Below, one piece after another: positions 1 to 5,937 of a stretch of DNA of 5,937 nt. The DNA comes from Octopus sinensis. Its lineage: Eukaryota. The notes under the pieces were generated by a model. The model had not been told where the DNA came from. It saw only the letters and a program-made list of their open reading frames with translations, and searched no databases. Each line of letters opens with the position of its first letter. The first letter of the stretch is position 1. The stretch spans positions 1 to 5,937 of the forward strand of contig NW_021829949.1 in the NCBI RefSeq assembly GCF_006345805.1, written 5' to 3'. Position numbers and translations under genes: made by a program.

Positions 1-27
1 CATATGTGTTCTTGAAAAATAACAAAA

Positions 28-104
28 AATTTAGTGATCTCTTAGCTAAATATAAGTTAAATGATTGATAATAAGCTTATATTTATCAAAGAAATCACTA
101 AATT
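28..104. repeat. 29-bp imperfect inverted repeat with 19-nt loop inside the monomer (first copy given; present in most monomers)
   Basis: Left arm 28-56 is AATTTAGTGATCTCTTAGCTAAATATAAG. The reverse complement of right arm 76-104 is AATTTAGTGATTTCTTTGATAAATATAAG. They match at 26/29 positions, with mismatches at 39, 44 and 46. Confidence 0.95.
65..89. repeat. Second, overlapping dyad in the monomer: TTGATAA...TTATCAA around the perfect palindrome ATAAGCTTAT (first copy given)
   Basis: TTGATAA (65-71) is the reverse complement of TTATCAA (83-89). ATAAGCTTAT (71-80, contains HindIII site AAGCTT) is self-complementary. Confidence 0.85.
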
Positions 105-1826
105 CGCAAAAGTCTTCAGGTTAGAAAATGTCAAAATATTGCATATGTGTTCTTGAAAAATAACAAAAAATTTAGTGATCTCTTAGCTAAATATAAGTTA
201 AATGATTGATAATAAGCTTATATTTATCAAAGAAATCACTACATTCGCAAAAGTTTTCACGTTAGAAAATGTCAAAATATTGCATATGTGTACTTGAAAA
301 ACAACAAAATATTTTGAGATCTCTTAGCTAAATATAAGTTAAATGATTGATAATAAGCTTATATTTATCAAAGAAATCACTAAATTCGTTAAAGTTTTCA
401 GGTTAGAAAATGTCAAAATATTGCATATGTGTACTTGAAAAACAACAAAATATTTAGTGATCTCTTAGCTAAATATAAGTTAAATGATTGATAATAAGCT
501 TATATTTATCAAAGAAATCACTAAATTCGTAAAAGTTTCAGGTTAGAAAATGTCAAAATATTGCATATAGTGTTCTTGAAAAGTAACAAAAATTTAGTGA
601 TCTCTTAGCTAAATATAAGTTAAATGATTGATAATAAGCATGATAGTTATCAAAGAAATCACTACATTCGCAAAAGTTTTCACGTTAGAAAATGTCAAAA
701 TATTGCATATGTGTACTCTTGAAAAACAACAAAAATTTTGAGATCTCTTAGCTAAATATAAGTTAATGATTAATATAAGCTTATATTTATCAAGAAATCA
801 CTAATTCGTAAAAGTTGTTCAGGTAGAAAATGTCACAAATATTGCATATGTGTTACTGAAAAGTAACAAAAATTAGTGATCTCTTAGCTTAATATAAGTT
901 AAATGATTGATAATAAGCTTATATTTATCAAAGAAATCACTAAATTCCCACATGTTTTCAGGTTAGAAAATGTCAAAATATTGCATATGTGTACTTGAAA
1001 AACAACAAAAAATTTAGTGATCTCTTAGCTAAATATAAGTTAAATGATTGATAATAAGCTTATATTTATCAAAGAAATCACTAAATTCGCAAAAGATTTC
1101 AGGTTAGAAAATGTCAAATGTTTGCATATGTGTACTTGAAAAACAACAAAAAATTTAGTGATCTCTTATATAATATAAGTTAAATGATTGATAATAAGCT
1201 TATATTTATCAAACAAATCACTAAATTCGCAAAAGTTTTCAGGTTAGAAAATGTCAAAATATTGCATATGTGTACTTGAAAAACAACAAAAAATTTAGTG
1301 ATCTCTTAGCTTAATATAAGTTAAATGATTGATAATAAGCTTATATTTATCAAAGAAATCACTAAATTCGCAAAAGTTTTCAGGTTAGAAATGTCAAAAT
1401 ATTGCATAAATGTGTTCTTGAAAATAACAAAAATTTAGTGATCTCTTAGCTAAATATAAGTTAAATGATTGATAATAAGCTTATATTATCAAAGAAATCA
1501 CTAAATTCGCAAAAGTTTTCAGGTTAGAATATGTCAAAATGTTGCATATGTGTACATTGAAAAACAACTAAAATTTTAGTGATCTCTTAGCTAAATATAA
1601 GTTAAATGATTTTAATAAGCTTATATTTATCAAAGAAATCACAAAATTCGCAAAAGTTTTCAGGTTAGAAAATGTCAAAATATTGCATATGTGTACTTGA
1701 AAAACAACAAAAAATTTAGTGATCTCTTAGCTAAGTATAAGTTAAATGATTGATAATAAGCTTATATTTATCAAAGAAATCACTAAATTCGCTAAAGTTT
1801 TCAGGTTAGAAAATGTCAAAATATTG

Positions 1827-2388
1827 CATATGTGTACTTGAAAAACGACAAAAAATTTAGTGATCTCTTAGCTAAATATAAGTTAAATGATTGATAAAAA
1901 GCTTATATTTATCAAAGAAATAATTAATTGGCAAAAGTTTTCAGGTTAGAAAATGTCAAAATATTGCATATGTGTACTTGAAAAACAACAAAATATTTAG
2001 TGATCTCTTAGCTAAATATAAGTTAAATGATTGATAATAAGCTTATATTTATCAAAGAAATCACTAAATTCGCAAAAGTCTTCAGGTTAGAAAATGTCAA
2101 AATATTGCATATGTGTTCTTGAAAAATACAAAAAATTTAGTGATCTCTTAGCAAAATAAGTTAAATGATTGATAATAAGCTTATATTATCAAAGAAATCA
2201 CTACATTCGCAAAAGTTCACGTTAGAAAATGTCAAAATATTGACATATGTGTACTTGAAAAAAAAACAACAAAATATTTTGAGATCTCTTAGCTAAATAT
2301 AAGTTAAATGATTGATAATAAGCTTATATTTATCAAAGAAATCACTAAATTTCGAAAAGTCTTCAGGTTAGAAAATGTCAAAATATTG
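1827..2388. repeat. Representative higher-order block (monomers 14-17), recurring as monomers 26-29 and partly as 1-3 and 34-36
   Basis: Ordered variant series: TAATTAATTGG monomer, then AATATTTAG + AAGTCTTC monomer, then GTGTTCTTGAAAAATA + CACGTTAG monomer, then ATTTTGAGATCT monomer. The same order is seen at 3511-4063. The last three steps are largely seen at 1-423, and the first three (without CACG) at 4628-5049. Confidence 0.85.
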
Positions 2389-5300
2389 CATAGTGTTCTT
2401 GAAAAACAACAAAATATTTAGTGATCTCTTAGCTAAATATAAGTTAAATGATGATAAAAGCTTATATTTATCAATGAATCACTAAATTCGTAAAAGTCTT
2501 CAGGTTTAAGAACAATGTCAAAATATTGCATATGTGGTCTTGAAAAGTAACAAAAATTGTAGTGATCTCTTAGCTAAATATAGTTAAATGATTGATAATA
2601 AGCTTACATTTATCAAATAAATCACTAAATTCGCAAAAGTTTTCAGGTTAGAAAATGTCAAAATATTGCATATGTGTACTTGAAAAACAACAAAAAATTT
2701 AGTGATCTCTTAGCTAAATATAAGTAAATGATTGATAATAAGCTTATATTTATCAAAGAATCACTAAATTCGCAAAAGTTTTCAGGTTAGAAAATGTAAA
2801 ATATTGCATATGTGTTCTTGAAAAACGACAAAAAAATTTAGTGACCTCTTAGCTAATATAAGTTAAATTGATTGATAATATGCTTATATTTATCAAAGAA
2901 ATCACTAAATTCGCAAAAGTTTTCAGGTTAGAAAATATCAAAATATGCATATGTGTACTTGAAAAACAACACAAAAATTTAGTGATCTCTTAGCTAAATA
3001 TAAGTTAAATGATTGATATAAGCTTATATTTATCAAAAAATCACTAAATTCGCAAAAGTTGTCAGGTTAGAAAATGTCAAAAATTGCATATGTGTACTTG
3101 AAAAACAACAAAAATTTAGTGATCTCTTAGCTAAATATAAGTTAAATGATTGATAAACCTCATATTTATCAAAAAATCACTAAATTCGCAAAGTTTTCAG
3201 GTTAGAAAATGTCAAATATTGCATATGTGTTCTTGAAAAAAAAACAAAAATTTAGTGATCTCTTAGCTAAATATAGTAAATGATTGATAATAAGCTTATA
3301 TTTATCAAGAAATCACTAAATTCGCCAAAAGTTTTCAGGTTAGGTTAGAATTAGAAGAGGTCAAAATGTTGCATATGTGTACTTGAAAAACAACTAAAAA
3401 ATTAGTGATCTTAGCTAAATATAAGTTAAATGATTGATGATAAGCTTCTATTTATCAAAGAAACACACAAAATCGCAAAAAGTTTTCAGGTTAGAAATGT
3501 CCAAATATTGCATATGTCTACTTGAAAAACAACAAAAAATTTAGTGATCTCTTAGCTAAGTATAAGTTAAATGATTGATAATAAGCTTATATTTATCAAA
3601 GAAATAATTAATTGGCAAAAGTTTTCAGGTTAGAAAATGTCAAAATATTGCATATGTGTACTTGAAAAACAACAAAATATTTAGTGATCTCTTAGCTAAA
3701 TATAAGTTAAATGATTGATAATAAGCTTATATTTATCAAAGAAATCACTAAATTCGCAAAAGTCTTCAGGTTAGAAAATGTCAAAATATTGCATATGTGT
3801 TCTTGAAAAATAACAAAAAATTTAGTGATCTCTTAGCTAATATAAGTTAAATGATTGAAAAAGCTTTATTATCAAGAAATCACTAAATTCGCAAAAGTTT
3901 TCACGTTAGAAAATGTCAAATATTGCATATGTGTACTTGAAAAACAACAAAATATTTTGAGATCTCTTAGCCTAAATATAAGTTAAATGATGATAAAAGC
4001 TTATATTTACAAAGAATCACTAAATTCGCAAAAGTTTTCAGGTTAGAAAATGTCAAAATATTGCATATGTGTACTTGAAAAACAACAAAAAATTTAGTTA
4101 TCTCTTAGCTAAATATAAGTTAAATGATTGATAATAAGCTTATATTTATCAAAGAAATCACTAAATTCGCAAAAGTTTCCAGGTTAGAAAATGTCAAAAT
4201 ATTGCATATGTGTACTTGAAAAACAACAAAAAAAATAGTGATCTCTTAGCTAAATATAAGTTAAATGATTGATAATAACCTTATATTTATCAAAGAAATC
4301 ACTAAATTCGCAAAAGTTTTCAGGTTAGAAAATGACAAAATATTGCATATGTGTACTTGAAAAACAACAAAAAATTTAGTGATCTCTTAGCTTAATATAA
4401 GTTAAATGATTGATAATAACCTTATATTTATAAAAGAAATCACTAAATTCGCAAAAGTTTTCAGGTTAGAAAATGTCAAATTATTGCATATGTGTTCTTG
4501 AAAAACAACAAAAAATTTAGTGATCTCTTAGCTAAATATAAGTTAAATGATTGATAATAAGCTTATATTTATCAAAGAAATCACTAAATTCGCTAAAGTT
4601 TTCAGGTTAGAAAATGTCAAATTATTGCATATGTGTACTTGAAAAACAACAAAAAATTTAGTGATCTCTTAGCAAAATATAAGTTAAATGATTGATAAAA
4701 AGCTTATATTTATCAAAGAAATAATTAATTGGCAAAAGTTTTCAGGTTAGAAAATGTCAAAATATTGCATATGTGTACTTGAATAACAACAAAATATTTA
4801 GTGATCTCTTAGCTAAATATAAGTTAAATGATTGATAATAAGCTTATATTTATCAAAGAAATCACTAAATTCGCAAAAGTCTTCAGGTTAGAAAATGTCA
4901 AAATATTGCATATGTGTTCTTGAAAAATAACAAAAAATTTAGTGATCTCTTAGCTAAATATAAGTTAAATGATTGATAATAAGCTTATATTTATCAAAGA
5001 AATCACTAAATTCGCAAAAGTTTTCAGGTTAGAAAATGTCAAAATATTGCATATGTGTACTTGAAAAACAACAAAAAATTTCGTGATCTGTTAGCTAAAT
5101 ATAAGTTAAATGATTGATAATAAGCTTATATTTATCAAAGAAATCACTAAATTCGCCAAAAGTTTTAAGGTTAGAAAATGTCAAAATATTGCATATGTCT
5201 TCTTGAAAAACAACAAAAAATTTAGTGATCTCTTAGCTAATATAAGATAAATGATTGATAATAGACTTATATTTATCCAAACAAATCACTAAATTCGCAA

Positions 5301-5937
5301 AAGTTTTAGGTTAGAAAATGTCAAAATAGGCATATGTGTACTTGAAAAACAACAAAAAATTTAGTGATCTCTTAGCTAAATATAAGTTAAATGATTGATA
5401 ATAAGCTGTATATTTATCAAAGAAATCACTAAATTCGCAAAAGTTTTCATGTTAGAAAATGTCAAAATATGCATAGTGTACTTGAAAAACAACAAAACAT
5501 TTAGTGATCTATTGGCTAAATATATAAGTTAAATGATTGATAATAAGCTTATATTTATCAAAGAAATCACTAAATTCGCAAAAGTTTTCAGGTTAGAAAA
5601 TGTCAAATATTGCATATGTGTTTTGAAAAACAACAAAAAAAATAGTGATCTCTAGCTAAATATAAGTTAAATGATTGATAATAAGCTTATATTTATCAAA
5701 GAAATCACAAAATTCGCAAAAGTTTTCAGGTTAGAAAATGTCAAAATATTGCATATGTCTACTTGAAAAACAACAAAAATTTAGTGATCTCTTAGCTAAG
5801 TATAAGTTAAATGATTGATATATAAGATTATATTTATCAAAGATAATTAATTGGCAAAGTTTTCAGGTTAGAAAATGTCAAAATATTGCATATGTGTACT
5901 TGAAAAACAACAAAAATTTAGTGATCTCTTAGCTAAA

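Larger units (their letters stand above)
1..5937. repeat. Tandem array (satellite-like DNA) of a 141-bp AT-rich monomer, ~42.3 copies, truncated by both window edges
   Basis: The anchor CATATG (or a near variant) recurs at 1, 142, 283, 424, 564, 706, 845, 984, 1125, 1265, 1405, 1545, 1686, 1827, 1967, 2108 ... 4064, 4205, 4346, 4487, 4628, 4768, 4909, 5050 ... 5752, 5889, with modal spacing 141. Consensus read by eye: CATATGTGTACTTGAAAAACAACAAAAAATTTAGTGATCTCTTAGCTAAATATAAGTTAAATGATTGATAATAAGCTTATATTTATCAAAGAAATCACTAAATTCGCAAAAGTTTTCAGGTTAGAAAATGTCAAAATATTG (33/141 G+C). All copies have the same orientation and there are no spacers. The tandem structure is seen directly; the label 'satellite' is inference. 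Confidence 0.98.

Noticed and set aside
28-116. Rho-independent terminator or sigma70 promoter elements
   Set aside because: The stem is AT-rich with no adjacent U-tract, there is no gene context, and -10/-35-like hexamers arise by chance at 77% AT.
102-118. CENP-B box-like motif beginning TTCG
   Set aside because: The distal CGGG core of the CENP-B box is absent and little beyond TTCG matches.
61-156. Repeated 31-codon ORF on + strand (MIDNKLIFIKEITKFAKVFRLENVKILHMC[S/T]*)
   Set aside because: It is short, has no Shine-Dalgarno-like sequence and resembles no family I recognise. The recurrent TAATTAATTGG variant frameshifts it in four copies. An ORF this size is expected by chance.
637-652. 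One-off multi-base variants (AAGCATGATAGTTATC here; TTCCCACATG near 946)
   Set aside because: Each is seen once and near noisy segments, so it cannot be separated from basecalling error.
1-5937. Repeat-protein gene, since 141 bp = 47 codons
   Set aside because: All six consensus frames contain stops in the standard code. Two minus-strand frames contain only TAA/TAG and would be open under the ciliate code (table 6), but the genuine recurrent 140-bp monomers break the frame and the translations resemble nothing I recognise.
1-5937. CRISPR array or integron attC-type cassette array
   Set aside because: There are no unique spacers or cassettes. The entire 141 bp is repeated and no cas or integrase gene is present.
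1-5937. Rolling-circle or MDA concatemer of one 141-bp circle, or a viroid-like element
   Set aside because: Monomers fall into distinct haplotypes that recur in ordered blocks at irregular intervals. Repeated copying of one template would not produce this.

Overview
The whole window is one uninterrupted head-to-tail tandem array of an AT-rich (~23% GC) 141-bp monomer: 42 complete copies plus a 49-bp partial copy, running off both ends. It looks like eukaryotic satellite DNA, but I cannot assign it to a named family or organism. I found no credible genes, RNA genes, CRISPR spacers or unique sequence. Two kinds of structure are real. (1) Each monomer carries a 29-bp imperfect inverted repeat (26/29 pairs, 19-nt loop) and a competing smaller hairpin. 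(2) Diagnostic variants recur in linked, ordered blocks of monomers, giving an irregular higher-order structure with apparent recombinant monomers. Patchy non-recurrent 1-bp indels suggest long-read sequencing error. The sequence alone does not support a novel biological system beyond an unassigned palindromic satellite. All counts were made by eye.
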